Below are positions 18,648 to 28,486 of a stretch of DNA of 64,000 bases, piece by piece. The DNA lies in the IMG/VR virus record IMGVR_UViG_3300001533_002283, positions 1 through 64,000 of that record. One strand, written 5' to 3'. The position numbers were made by a program, and so were the translations under genes. The notes below the pieces were generated by a model that searched no databases, had not been told where the DNA came from, and worked only from the letters and a program-made list of their open reading frames with translations. The stretch is from a virus. The stretch's first letter is position 1. Each line of letters opens with the position of its first letter.

Positions 18648-18937
18648 TTCTTATCCTCCATACTCTTTTTCGCATTTCTCGCCATTTCATTTAAAACATT
18701 CAGAGAGTCTCTATATTCAAACGAATTAGCATGGGACGAAATTAAATTGAGAAACAAATCCGCCATGTTTCCAACTCCCAATTCATAATCAGTCTTTCCA
18801 TCTTTAAAACGGAGTTTTCTGAGTTGAACGAGAGCGGCTTGAATTTTTTCTTTATCTTTCATTTGGTTTTTGTTTACTCGTTTAGAATGCTCCTTCTTTA
18901 GGTTGAAAGCAAGATAATTTATTTTATTTCTTATCAA
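18644..18937 (-). CDS. Hypothetical protein
   Basis: Tiles the array; start may be 18862. Confidence 0.55.
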   Translation of the reverse strand: MIRNKINYLAFNLKKEHSKRVNKNQMKDKEKIQAALVQLRKLRFKDGKTDYELGVGNMADLFLNLISSHANSFEYRDSLNVLNEMARNAKKSMEDKK

Positions 18938-19167
18938 TACTGAGACAATTCCTTTATCATCTCACCGACTTTTAATCGCGCCGATTTAATCAAATTACGA
19001 TTCACTTGATAAGGTGTGAACTTTTTACAATTTTGTTTAAACTCTTCGCGCTCAAACATTAGAGCGAACTTTTTAATTAAAATTGTTTGGCCGTGAGGCA
19101 TTAAATTATAACCCTTTTTTAGCCAGTAATTTCTGCCTTTGATAATTATTCTTTCGGCGAGATTCAT
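18934..19167 (-). CDS. Hypothetical protein
   Basis: Promoter upstream. Confidence 0.6.
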   Translation of the reverse strand: MNLAERIIIKGRNYWLKKGYNLMPHGQTILIKKFALMFEREEFKQNCKKFTPYQVNRNLIKSARLKVGEMIKELSQY

Positions 19168-19214
19168 AAAATTTAGTTTTTTCTAACAAGGGAATGACAC
19201 AACCGCCCCACAAA

Positions 19215-19577
19215 TCAACCATTTTCTTTCAAAAACTTCTCAATTTCTTTCATCCGATCGCGCCGAAAACCTTCAAATAAATCAATTTGCCAACGTTCGC
19301 TTGCGCCCGCATAATATCGTTTACCCTCCGGCCAAGCAATAACACGATCAAAGAATAAATCGGCAACTTCCTCTTTGAAATTACTTTCCGTGATTTTTCC
19401 GGTAAATTCCCGTAGAAGTTTATTAAACGCGCCGCGATTATTCTCTTGAAGAAAAACCAAGATTTGCCGCAAAAATTTCTTATCAATCTCATTGTTAAGA
19501 TATTCAGGGGTATCTTTAACGCTTTTGCGGCATCCTGCTTTATAGCAGAAAAAGGGGTGATATTTGATTTTAGCCAT
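19215..19577 (-). CDS. Hypothetical protein
   Basis: Start 19577 just after upstream stop (track start 19679). Confidence 0.6.
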   Translation of the reverse strand: MAKIKYHPFFCYKAGCRKSVKDTPEYLNNEIDKKFLRQILVFLQENNRGAFNKLLREFTGKITESNFKEEVADLFFDRVIAWPEGKRYYAGASERWQIDLFEGFRRDRMKEIEKFLKENG

Positions 19578-19581
19578 AAAT

Positions 19582-19806
19582 TTACGATATTTCACTCGCA
19601 TAAGATTCGTCAATTTCAAAATCTTCCGTGAGATAACCGATTTCTTGCAAAACCACTTCAATATGGAAAATAAAATCATTTAATTCATTCCCCATTTCCA
19701 ACCCAGCGGTTTCAAACGCTCGGCGAATATTAATAACGTGTTCGTGAGCATCGGAAGGATAACCCTCGTAAGCGAATCCCTTTGAACTGAATTTAATCGT
19801 TTTCAT
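19582..19806 (-). CDS. Hypothetical protein
   Basis: Tiles the array. Confidence 0.6.
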   Translation of the reverse strand: MKTIKFSSKGFAYEGYPSDAHEHVINIRRAFETAGLEMGNELNDFIFHIEVVLQEIGYLTEDFEIDESYASEIS

Positions 19807-19860
19807 GTTTTTTTGTTAAAATTTAAAATTAAGTTAGCAACAAACAATCTCTCTCCTCAT

Positions 19861-20166
19861 TCACATAATACCCGCCGTAAATAGACTTATCCCCTTGGAA
19901 TTTATACCGTAGGAAGCGATTAAATTATTATAATCGTCAATTTCCTTTTGTTTTTTAATTTCTTCTTGGCGCACACTCTCCAATTTGTATTCCGCTCGTT
20001 TAATCTCCAACTCCTTGTGTTTAAACGCTTCAACAGAATCATTGAAAATATACCCGCCCTTGTTTCCATTGGAATCACACCAAGATGGAAGCATAAACCT
20101 GATTGGATTTTCACCAATTTGACAAGGAATGGATTCGCGAAGCTCTTCTAAGGTAAAGTCTTTCAT
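19861..20166 (-). CDS. Hypothetical protein
   Basis: AAACACC leader. Confidence 0.6.
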   Translation of the reverse strand: MKDFTLEELRESIPCQIGENPIRFMLPSWCDSNGNKGGYIFNDSVEAFKHKELEIKRAEYKLESVRQEEIKKQKEIDDYNNLIASYGINSKGISLFTAGIM

Positions 20167-20172
20167 GGTGTT

Positions 20173-20427
20173 TTAAAAAGTTTCGGTTTTGCCGCCGAGA
20201 GCAACCAACCTTGATTTATAAACAGCAATTTTGTAATTAGCCTCAGAGTAAATTTTCTTATAATTTTCAAGGTTAACTTCTTTTTCTGCCTTGAGTTGTG
20301 CCAAAGTATTTATCAGTTGAGGAATAATTTCAGAGTTATCAGAATTACATTCATTTCCATAAATATCAGTAACTCTTTTGAGTCCAAGTATTACTTTAAC
20401 TTCTTCTAGTATTTCTTCGTTTGTCAT
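20173..20427 (-). CDS. Hypothetical protein
   Basis: Promoter 20458-20486. Confidence 0.65.
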   Translation of the reverse strand: MTNEEILEEVKVILGLKRVTDIYGNECNSDNSEIIPQLINTLAQLKAEKEVNLENYKKIYSEANYKIAVYKSRLVALGGKTETF

Positions 20428-20502
20428 GTTGTGGGTTTGGTTTAACTAACTTTTATTAAAATAGCAAGATGAGCGAAAAAATCAAGCGTTTTTATTCAAT
20501 TT

Positions 20503-20940
20503 TTATCGGCTTACAACTATGCAAAATCCAGTTACAGACTCCGCTCCATTTTCCAAAAGTTTTTTAGCCGCGCAAACCATAGACGCGCCGGTTATAGAAT
20601 AATCGTCAACGAGAAGAATTTTTCCAGCGACCCTCTTAGATTGAAACATTTCCGCGCTCTTTTTGTGTCGCAAGTTAACGGGGATTTTGGAAATCCTACC
20701 ATTTTTAACCAAAGTATCAAAATCTGAAACTTTAATCCCGCTCAAACGGTTTATTCTATTCGCAAAGTTTGCCACAAGTTTTTTACTACTCGGCATGATT
20801 ACAACCGAGTCAAATTCACCTTCGGGAATTGAAAAGTTAAAATTAACGATTCCCTTTCGCTTGAAAGTGATGAGACCTCCAAATTTATTCTTCTTTTGAA
20901 GGGCCCGAATTTTAACCCCGTTTCGGTTACGATAATACAT
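20503..20940 (-). CDS. Phosphoribosyltransferase (ComF-like PRTase fold)
   Basis: PRPP-binding motif ILLVDDYSITGAS; CAACCACA leader supports start 20940 (track start 20964). Confidence 0.8.
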   Translation of the reverse strand: MYYRNRNGVKIRALQKKNKFGGLITFKRKGIVNFNFSIPEGEFDSVVIMPSSKKLVANFANRINRLSGIKVSDFDTLVKNGRISKIPVNLRHKKSAEMFQSKRVAGKILLVDDYSITGASMVCAAKKLLENGAESVTGFCIVVSR

Positions 20941-20986
20941 AGTAGTGTGGTTGACTATGGACAAGGTAACAGAGTGCGGGCGAAGG

Positions 20987-21523
20987 TCAAGGAGTTTTAT
21001 TCAAAATCTCGTTAAGCCTTTTTTCGCAATAATCAACGTTTTGTTGCGCGAAATAGGTTTGGCTATAACCCTTTGCCGCATTTAATTCCTTCCGCGCCTC
21101 TTCCAAACACTCTTTTGCCTGTTTAATACTAAATTCCCTGTCCTCTTCTTTGGTATATCCCGCCCATTCTCCACGATAACCTCGCGCCCGCAAATTTTCT
21201 TTACTTAAAACGCGCGGTTCACCGTAAATTTTAATCAGTCGGGTAAACTCCTCAATGTCAGCAATTACTGATTTTTCATAAGATTCAACGTTAAAATCAA
21301 TCGTCGCTTGTAAAGAGCAATGCCCAATCATTCTATTGTGATAGAACTTATGCTCTAATCCATCGACCCATGAAAAAATCTTGTCAGAATCGCCGCCAAG
21401 AGGAAATTCCTCCCGCACGTCAAAATAATGGCCGGTTTCCGTGATTGAAGAATAAGCGAGTTTTAATGCAAGGTTATATGCCTCATTCATTAACTCCTCT
21501 AGGCTTTTTTCTATAGTTTCCAT
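20987..21523 (-). CDS. Hypothetical protein
   Basis: 178-aa ORF tiling the array. Confidence 0.7.
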   Translation of the reverse strand: METIEKSLEELMNEAYNLALKLAYSSITETGHYFDVREEFPLGGDSDKIFSWVDGLEHKFYHNRMIGHCSLQATIDFNVESYEKSVIADIEEFTRLIKIYGEPRVLSKENLRARGYRGEWAGYTKEEDREFSIKQAKECLEEARKELNAAKGYSQTYFAQQNVDYCEKRLNEILNKTP

Positions 21524-21525
21524 GA

Positions 21526-21945
21526 TTAAAAGTTATCAGCAAGACTTTTTAATTCATCTACTGTTGCCTCTACCCGCTCAATCTTTTCAACGATTTTATC
21601 CTTAGCCGTAAGATATTCCGCCGTTTGCGCAGGAAGAATCTTTTTATCCCATTGAATTTTACGGGCGTTTTTATTCTCAAGATATTCCCTATCCCAAGTG
21701 AAAAATTGCCGTTTGTGCATCCATGTTGTCAGAGGGTTGTCTTGATAGTCTATTTGACAAGATAGATAATAAGTGGCGCGATTTGGTTGATAATGGATTT
21801 TATTATTCTGAATGGTATATTCGCCATCCTCAACATAATTAGTTATAGCAAAAATAATGGGAACGTTCTTTTCGGCCCCACACATTACTTCAAGAACGTC
21901 GCCAATTTTATACAAAGGCTCGTCAATTTCAATTTCAAGTTTCAC
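21526..21945 (-). CDS. Hypothetical protein
   Basis: GTGA overlap. Confidence 0.65.
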   Translation of the reverse strand: MKLEIEIDEPLYKIGDVLEVMCGAEKNVPIIFAITNYVEDGEYTIQNNKIHYQPNRATYYLSCQIDYQDNPLTTWMHKRQFFTWDREYLENKNARKIQWDKKILPAQTAEYLTAKDKIVEKIERVEATVDELKSLADNF

Positions 21946-22256
21946 TTCAAAACCTCCAAGCCAGTAGATTTTTCAATCTTGTAAATAATATCGCCCAGCT
22001 TCATCGCTCGGGGAGCAAATTCACACAATTCACCGCAAAGCTTCTGTCGTTCGGGACGATTACGAATTTTCTCATCTTCCGACCAAGCCTTAATAAAAGC
22101 GTCGATTGATTTTGTGAATGCTTTGTAATTTTGCAAAACTTGGCGCAAATTTTCTTCCGCGCTGTAAATAATTTCGTGTGGTTCGCTCATTGGATACGTT
22201 GATTCTTTTTGGTTTTTATAATGTTCGGCAATTAGTTTGATGGGAAAACGCTTCAT
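21942..22256 (-). CDS. Hypothetical protein
   Basis: Promoter upstream. Confidence 0.65.
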   Translation of the reverse strand: MKRFPIKLIAEHYKNQKESTYPMSEPHEIIYSAEENLRQVLQNYKAFTKSIDAFIKAWSEDEKIRNRPERQKLCGELCEFAPRAMKLGDIIYKIEKSTGLEVLK

Positions 22257-22315
22257 GCGGTGAAGTAATAAGAGATTAGACTAAGGTGGTTTAAAGTCAA
22301 GGGGTTTTATATGTT

Positions 22316-22663
22316 TTATACATAATTCAACGCACTCATCCCCGCCCGCTTTCTATTCCGTTCAATAATTTTCATCCCCTCTTTATACCCAATTTTGTCG
22401 AATTTTCTTTGCGCCCAAGGTAATTCTGAATAACGAAAACACTGCCAGAATCTTGTATAAGCAAGTGTTAACTTTGACCCGCGATCAAAAGCGTTTTCGC
22501 AAGCCTGAATTGAATAACCGGCGCGAATCATATAACAGATTGCCTCACGCTTAGGTAGAGAATACCAGAGGTAGGAAAACTTAACGTGTTTCCAATCTTT
22601 GTTCGCGGCCTCGGGATGTAACCAATTGCAGAGAGCCTCAATATCAGAATTTATAAAACCCAT
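22316..22663 (-). CDS. Hypothetical protein
   Basis: Start 22663 after upstream stop (track start 22738). Confidence 0.6.
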   Translation of the reverse strand: MGFINSDIEALCNWLHPEAANKDWKHVKFSYLWYSLPKREAICYMIRAGYSIQACENAFDRGSKLTLAYTRFWQCFRYSELPWAQRKFDKIGYKEGMKIIERNRKRAGMSALNYV

Positions 22664-22667
22664 GATT

Positions 22668-22859
22668 TTATTTCTTGATTGTTTTTTTAAAATCGGGCAT
22701 CTCCGATAAATTAATCTCCGCGATTCTAAAATGTCCATAGCCGTCCTTCCCCGCCAGTTCCTTCACCTTTTCAAAATACTCTGGCATGGAACAAAGAATT
22801 TCTTCCTCCCACTCTTCAGAGTTCAACTTGCGACCGTATAAGAGAGTTTCGTTTTTCAT
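22668..22859 (-). CDS. Hypothetical phage protein
   Basis: Tiles the array. Confidence 0.6.
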   Translation of the reverse strand: MKNETLLYGRKLNSEEWEEEILCSMPEYFEKVKELAGKDGYGHFRIAEINLSEMPDFKKTIKK

Positions 22860-23242
22860 GAGTTTTTAATTACCTCATCGGAAAAAACAACCCAATTAAT
22901 CCAAGCTAGTTTATCCCAAAGTGCGTGGCAAACAGGTGGCGGGTTGAATTTGTAATTCCCTTCATCATAGGCTTTTAAGACGATGACTGGCACCTCTTCT
23001 AGGGTTTTATAAAATTGCTTTTTCATATTCCAATTTTACATTTTGCTGATATGAACATCTCGGCCAAGACTAATTAATTCTTTTGCCAGATCCACAGAAA
23101 TTCCGTGGTGCTCGGCAATTTTTTCAACAGTCAGATAATTATTAACCCAATCAAGATAAAAAGCATGGGCGAATTCTTTAGCGGATGTATTCATGGTGTT
23201 TTTTTGTTTAACCTCTATACACTAGCGCAAATCCCGCACAAA

Positions 23243-23455
23243 TCAATCAAAATATTCGGTAATCGTGGTGATTTTTTTAATAGTGAACTTCCAATTGGGA
23301 TAAACTCTCAATAAATCTTTTTTAGTTTTACGGGCTTCTTTTAGATCGGGTTCGGATCGCCAATGTTCTACATCATGATTTTCATAAATACGACAAACAA
23401 TGTATTCGTATTCTTTCATAATCAATTTTCCGAATAAATTTTTAGAGATTCCCAA
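23243..23455 (-). CDS. Hypothetical protein
   Basis: Tiles the array; start probably 23419. Confidence 0.55.
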   Translation of the reverse strand: MGISKNLFGKLIMKEYEYIVCRIYENHDVEHWRSEPDLKEARKTKKDLLRVYPNWKFTIKKITTITEYFD

Positions 23456-23721
23456 GAAGGGAGTTGGTAAGCGCGACCTTGTTTGATTTCGCCGCGCCGG
23501 TATGCCATTTCTTTTTCATAAGACTTGCGCGAGACTAGAATATTTCCGTCAGAGGAATAAGGCAGATAACGCATTTCGGAACAAGAAACACCAAAATCAT
23601 CAATGAATTTATTTAGAGAGTTTTTCCAATTTTGCTTTGCCTCCTCTTCCTCTTTCACAATATCATTAATAGTTTTCATTTCAATTTTCTCCCTTGATAT
23701 AAAACTCCTCTTCCTTCCCAT
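23422..23721 (-). CDS. Hypothetical protein
   Basis: Tiles the array; start probably 23679. Confidence 0.55.
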   Translation of the reverse strand: MGRKRSFISREKIEMKTINDIVKEEEEAKQNWKNSLNKFIDDFGVSCSEMRYLPYSSDGNILVSRKSYEKEMAYRRGEIKQGRAYQLPSWESLKIYSEN

Positions 23722-23893
23722 TAAGTGTCACCCCGTCCCGCCAAGTCAAACCGATATAGTTTTCCCCGCGACCCCCGATGTTATAACCAATCAGGTAGCC
23801 ACCAGATTTGGTTTTAATAACGCGGTAAGCCTCATTTGCCCAACAAACGGTTTTACCTTCTTCAATGGCTTGTTTAATTTGTTGTAGATTCAT
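23681..23893 (-). CDS. Hypothetical phage protein
   Basis: ATGA overlap. Confidence 0.65.
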   Translation of the reverse strand: MNLQQIKQAIEEGKTVCWANEAYRVIKTKSGGYLIGYNIGGRGENYIGLTWRDGVTLNGKEEEFYIKGEN

Positions 23894-24159
23894 AGTGTAA
23901 AATTTTCGTCAACCATTAAGATTTTAACTGATTTATACTTCCAAACATCAAATTCCTCTTCAGTTCTAAATAAATAAGATGAAATTTGTTTGGGAGATAC
24001 TTCTGTTATGACTTCTAAAATTTCGCCATCTCCAGAATCGTGATTTACATAAACAATTATTTTATTAATGCCGTCAGGAATATCTCTAAAAAAGTCTTCT
24101 GGAGATTCCCTTTTTTTGATTTTCTTTTTCATACTATTCGGCTCGACAAGCTTCTTCAA
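23890..24159 (-). CDS. Hypothetical protein
   Basis: Tiles the array. Confidence 0.55.
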   Translation of the reverse strand: MKKLVEPNSMKKKIKKRESPEDFFRDIPDGINKIIVYVNHDSGDGEILEVITEVSPKQISSYLFRTEEEFDVWKYKSVKILMVDENFTL

Positions 24160-24198
24160 TGGCGGATTTAATTTCGGCGAGATTCATGATGGTGATTA

Positions 24199-24462
24199 TC
24201 AAAGTGTGTTTTTGTATTCTTCACAATACTCAGCCGGAATATTAATCCCGTAATAAGTCAAATCGTGGGCTAACATACTATCTTTGAAGCCCGTTTTCTT
24301 TTTTACGTATTCCCGCCAATCAATCCAAAAGCGATAACTATCATCATTTCCGCACGCCGTTGAATTTCCAACAATAGAGCCAGCGGGAATAACAATATCC
24401 CAGCCGTTAAAATTTACAGAGTATTCTTTAATTGTTTTCGCTTGTTTGTAAGATGTTTCCAT
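24199..24462 (-). CDS. Hypothetical phage protein
   Basis: Promoter upstream. Confidence 0.65.
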   Translation of the reverse strand: METSYKQAKTIKEYSVNFNGWDIVIPAGSIVGNSTACGNDDSYRFWIDWREYVKKKTGFKDSMLAHDLTYYGINIPAEYCEEYKNTL

Positions 24463-24516
24463 TTTGTTTAACAGTTAAGATAATAGAGGAAAATAAACGA
24501 AAGTCAAGGTATTTTC

Positions 24517-24813
24517 TTAAAATCCCGAACAAATGCGCATTGCTTCGGAATTGTTTCTCATCCCAAAAATATAAGAAACATTATTCGGAAGGGGTTTTGA
24601 AAAAACTATTTTACAAAGAGTGTTTGCAAAACCGTGGTGGTTTGGAGTTGCTTCAATGGGTGTCGCCCAATCATTATTTTCTCCATGATATACGGTGGCA
24701 AATCTTTTTTCTGAAACGGCTTTTTCCCATTCGGGTTTTAAAACAAACTCGGCGTGAAAAACAGGACCGAAATCCCGTTGCAGTTTTTTGAAAGTTATTC
24801 CTTTGTTTTTCAT
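24517..24813 (-). CDS. Hypothetical protein
   Basis: Promoter 24825-24852. Confidence 0.65.
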   Translation of the reverse strand: MKNKGITFKKLQRDFGPVFHAEFVLKPEWEKAVSEKRFATVYHGENNDWATPIEATPNHHGFANTLCKIVFSKPLPNNVSYIFGMRNNSEAMRICSGF

Positions 24814-24857
24814 TACGAATAAGACAATAACAGACGGCGCGGGGAAAGCAAGAGAAT

Positions 24858-25046
24858 TTATTTATTTTTTCCAGATAAAACCGATTCTTTTCCGATGTTT
24901 CTCAAATCCATCAGAGCCAAAGATATAGCGGGAGGCAAATCGTATATTTCGTTCTCTGTGAATGTTTTATAGATTTCAATGCACCGTGCTCCCGCAAAGG
25001 TTTTTAAATCTTCCTTGCTGAATTTATGGTTATTTGTAGGGATCAT
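24858..25046 (-). CDS. Hypothetical protein
   Basis: CACCCAC leader. Confidence 0.55.
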   Translation of the reverse strand: MIPTNNHKFSKEDLKTFAGARCIEIYKTFTENEIYDLPPAISLALMDLRNIGKESVLSGKNK

Positions 25047-25070
25047 GTGGGTGGATAGTTTTTTGTAATT

Positions 25071-25295
25071 TTATTCAATATTTATAGATTTTTCAACATC
25101 AGAAATTAAAAAAGACGTTCCACACGCGGAATTTTGCCCCATCTTGGCGAGTTTAACAACTCCCTGATTGTGCAAAACAAAATTAGAAACTACCCAAAGG
25201 CGGTCCCCGGTTTTAAATTGGCGGAGACGTTTACTCTCACCTTTGAAGAATATCGGGGTTTTAACCGTGATTGTTTGACCTTGGGAGAAGTTCAT
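25071..25295 (-). CDS. Hypothetical protein
   Basis: Tiles the array. Confidence 0.55.
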   Translation of the reverse strand: MNFSQGQTITVKTPIFFKGESKRLRQFKTGDRLWVVSNFVLHNQGVVKLAKMGQNSACGTSFLISDVEKSINIE

Positions 25296-25519
25296 CGGTT
25301 TAAAAAATTATTTTTCAGATATAACTTCACTAAATTTTGCGAAAGGAATTTTTATTTTCATAAAATCAGATATAATCGCGTGCCTCTCATTAATAGAACG
25401 GTGCAATAAACGTTTGTTTATATTTTTTATTTCGTTGATTTGTTTTGTATTCATGGTGTGGTTTCTTCTTAATTCGGTTAAGAATCTAGTGTTAACGGGG
25501 TGAAATCAAGAGATTTTAT

Positions 25520-25828
25520 TCAACATTCGTCCGCATCAATCAAAACCGCACTCGCCCCATGATTCTCATTATACCATTTTACGAAAAATTCCGCATCTTG
25601 ACGAGAAACGAACCAAATTTTATCCTCCGACCACTGATTTTTATAATCGGGTAAAAGCATCACACCTTTAACATTCCTTCCCTTAATCACCCAATCATAA
25701 TCATACCAACGGAAGCAATCAATTTTCGCCCTGTCTGGAATATCGCAGGAATGTCCTTGCCCGAAAATATAAGTTTTAATTTGCGGGTCAGTGTTTCTTT
25801 CTAAAAATTCTCGTCTTTTTTTATTCAT
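25520..25828 (-). CDS. Hypothetical protein
   Basis: Tiles the array. Confidence 0.65.
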   Translation of the reverse strand: MNKKRREFLERNTDPQIKTYIFGQGHSCDIPDRAKIDCFRWYDYDWVIKGRNVKGVMLLPDYKNQWSEDKIWFVSRQDAEFFVKWYNENHGASAVLIDADEC

Positions 25829-25843
25829 AAATATTTTTCAGAG

Positions 25844-25914
25844 GAGCGGGCTACTGTCGATCTTAATGGGTATTGATTGATACTATCTTTCTCAAGGTTT
25901 CAGATTTCCCGCTC
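25844..25914 (-). ncRNA. Candidate structured intergenic RNA
   Basis: GAGCGGG/CCCGCTC closing stem with two short internal hairpins; no U-tail. Confidence 0.35.
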
Positions 25915-25946
25915 GGTCCCAAACCTTTTTTCCTTTTCTCTGAAAA

Positions 25947-26339
25947 TTAAATAAAGACAATCTCTTTTTTATACTTGTCTTCTAGGTCGCACCATTTCCT
26001 CCGATATTCAAAAACGCTCATTTTAATTTCACCATCAGGGGTGTAAACAGTTACTTCACCATCTTTACTTTTCGCGCCCATTTCCCCTTCTTTTAATTCA
26101 ACTGGAATAGGTTGAAAACAGGCCGCAACGCCAATCAAATGTTTAACCGCCTCTGTTTTGGTTTTAAAAAACTTATTCTGAGTAATATCGGGCGGAAAAT
26201 ATGCGAGCCAATCATTACCCCAATTCAAATGATAATTAACCTCACCGATTTTCTTCTCATTTTGAAAAATGGAAGACTCTTCTTTGTTGTGCGTAACAAC
26301 CTTAATGTTTTCGGGATAGGGAGATATGGAGTGTTTCAT
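25947..26339 (-). CDS. Hypothetical protein
   Basis: Promoter 26347-26375. Confidence 0.7.
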   Translation of the reverse strand: MKHSISPYPENIKVVTHNKEESSIFQNEKKIGEVNYHLNWGNDWLAYFPPDITQNKFFKTKTEAVKHLIGVAACFQPIPVELKEGEMGAKSKDGEVTVYTPDGEIKMSVFEYRRKWCDLEDKYKKEIVFI

Positions 26340-26380
26340 GATTTAAAACATAACACGAATAAGGGCGAATGCAAGGATTT

Positions 26381-26689
26381 TTATCCTGTTTTATGTTTAA
26401 TCCTCAACTCTTTAGCCAAAGCATTAACATCTCTAACATGAGAATATTTCAAATAGATTTCTTCCCAACTAACAGGAAAACCTAATGGCCCTAATTCCCG
26501 CCAATTTTTAACAATCGCCTGTTTAAGTTTGTCATTTTTAAGTGCGCGCCTCATTAGCGCGACAATAACTGCGTCACCGTCAAACATTTCAAAACAGTTG
26601 TCGAAATTGCGCGATTTAATATTTTTAAGGAAGCATTGAACGGCGTAGTTAACGCGATATTGAAAAGCTTCTGGATCAGTTGTCTTCAT
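26381..26689 (-). CDS. Hypothetical protein
   Basis: Tiles the array. Confidence 0.65.
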   Translation of the reverse strand: MKTTDPEAFQYRVNYAVQCFLKNIKSRNFDNCFEMFDGDAVIVALMRRALKNDKLKQAIVKNWRELGPLGFPVSWEEIYLKYSHVRDVNALAKELRIKHKTG

Positions 26690-26698
26690 TTTGTTTTT

Positions 26699-27031
26699 TT
26701 ACTCCTTAATCTCCAAAACTTCTTTAATCGCTCGGTTTAAATTGTGTTCCTGTTTATTGTTAATGACATACGTGGGCCACAATCCCGGCCAAATAACAGA
26801 AATGCCGATTGATTTAAGAATATTTTCAACTTCATCGGTTAAACCCTGATATTTCTTTTCATATTCCGCCCGCTCTTTTTCAGGAATTTTCCCGTCATTG
26901 GCTTTTTCGTAATTTTTAATGGACTTTTCCAACTTTCGATTTACAAAACCAATAAATTCAACACGTTTCCAAGGATCGCGGAGAGAGTCTTTTGTGATAA
27001 TCATGGTGATTAGGATTAAACTATAGATCAA
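26699..27031 (-). CDS. Hypothetical protein
   Basis: Tiles the array; start probably 27004. Confidence 0.6.
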   Translation of the reverse strand: MIYSLILITMIITKDSLRDPWKRVEFIGFVNRKLEKSIKNYEKANDGKIPEKERAEYEKKYQGLTDEVENILKSIGISVIWPGLWPTYVINNKQEHNLNRAIKEVLEIKE

Positions 27032-27058
27032 GCCAGCCGCTAATTCAAGTCTTTTCTT

Positions 27059-27283
27059 TCAAAATTTCCTGATTTTTATACGGAATACAATCTTCTTTTT
27101 ATACGGAATACAATCTTCTGACATATTATAAATCATATTGGAAAACTCCCCCATCTTAATTCGCGCGTGGTATCCCTCTCGGCGCAAGTCGGAATCAATA
27201 GACAGTTCTTGTTCAATATCGAAAATTAATTCAGAGGCTTGCTGAATTTTCTTCCGCATTTCTTCTTTGGTTAGGTTTTTCAT
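27059..27283 (-). CDS. Hypothetical protein
   Basis: Tiles the array. Confidence 0.6.
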   Translation of the reverse strand: MKNLTKEEMRKKIQQASELIFDIEQELSIDSDLRREGYHARIKMGEFSNMIYNMSEDCIPYKKKIVFRIKIRKF

Positions 27284-27286
27284 AAA

Positions 27287-27535
27287 TCAACCCTTATAAA
27301 CAATTTTGTCATCTTCTTCAAGAATACTCATGTCAATCAAATATTCTATTAATCCGCTCATATCCGCGTTATGCTTCATAAAACCATCCTCTATAATCCT
27401 CAAGGGTTCGATATTCCCATCCTCATCCTCATTGGAGATTTCAAAAACAGTTTTTCCGGTATCTGCATTTTCAACATGCGCTTTATAAGTCCCGCGCTCG
27501 TCTAAATCGACAATATAATAATAGGTTGTTTTCAT
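27287..27535 (-). CDS. Hypothetical phage protein
   Basis: Promoter 27555-27583. Confidence 0.65.
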   Translation of the reverse strand: MKTTYYYIVDLDERGTYKAHVENADTGKTVFEISNEDEDGNIEPLRIIEDGFMKHNADMSGLIEYLIDMSILEEDDKIVYKG

Positions 27536-27578
27536 GATTAGTGGGATTAACTAAAGAGTGACAGAAATCTGCTAAAAA

Positions 27579-28133
27579 TCAAGCCTTTTCTTCCGTATTT
27601 TTTAACAAATCTTCCTCATTATATTCAACCAACGTCCGATCAATCTTGCCAAAATCACGCGGGTTAAAATAAACGGAAACCCCATATTTGTTATTCTGAC
27701 TATACGCATATTCATATCCCAAAACGGGCCACTTATATTTTTTAAATTCCTCCTCTTCGACTTCAATCCCAATGGAGAAACCAACTTTGCCAAACCCATT
27801 ATATCGACGCTCTTTTTCTTCATAATCAAAACGCAAAGCCTCTTCGTTCGCCTCAATTTCTGGAAAGAAAAAGTTAGCTATCACTTCATCAGTCCCGCCG
27901 CCCGAAGTTGAGGAATGGCCGTTGAAACGAGGATATTTAATTAGATAACCACGGTCTTTCTCATCGTTTAATTTCCAACTGGCATTCACAATCAACCAGT
28001 TTTCTTTCGTGATTTGCATGGAAAAATGGGTGATTTGAAACCCCATATCTTTTTCCATGATATCTTTGGAGTCGGCATCCCACTCAAAAAACGGGTGAAT
28101 TGATTCTACGGGGATTATAACTTGTGTGTTCAT
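27579..28133 (-). CDS. Hypothetical protein, paralog of 45592-46068
   Basis: Shared ENWL..ASW and VSVYF.PR.FGKI motifs. Confidence 0.7.
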   Translation of the reverse strand: MNTQVIIPVESIHPFFEWDADSKDIMEKDMGFQITHFSMQITKENWLIVNASWKLNDEKDRGYLIKYPRFNGHSSTSGGGTDEVIANFFFPEIEANEEALRFDYEEKERRYNGFGKVGFSIGIEVEEEEFKKYKWPVLGYEYAYSQNNKYGVSVYFNPRDFGKIDRTLVEYNEEDLLKNTEEKA

Positions 28134-28135
28134 AA

Positions 28136-28399
28136 CTAATATAGGTTTTCAGAAAATAACTGTGTTTCATCGCCGCCGACCCGCCTCTTTATTTGTCCAT
28201 TCTGTTTTGCGACGACAAGGGCATCTTCTCTAGTGTAAAAATTCCCCCTCTGATCTATAAAACCTTGTTCGCACCCTTTCCACCAATCCGGTCCTTCGCT
28301 TGCCTTAATTTGTGCCCGCATGATTGAATCGTAATGCCGCGCCCCGCAAACGATACGGTTTTCTTTTCGGTTGGCCGCGCAAACTATGAATGGATTCAT
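28136..28399 (-). CDS. Conserved phage protein
   Basis: IVCAAN..GARH..EQGFIDQ.G.F.TRE.A..LFSENLY pattern recalled as common in phages. Confidence 0.75.
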   Translation of the reverse strand: MNPFIVCAANRKENRIVCGARHYDSIMRAQIKASEGPDWWKGCEQGFIDQRGNFYTREDALVVAKQNGQIKRRVGGDETQLFSENLY

Positions 28400-28486
28400 T
28401 TGGTGTTAAAAACATTTATTTGAATTATTAGTTTTCATAAGTTTTTATCAATTTTTATTTCACAATCTTGTTATTTTTATGTATTA

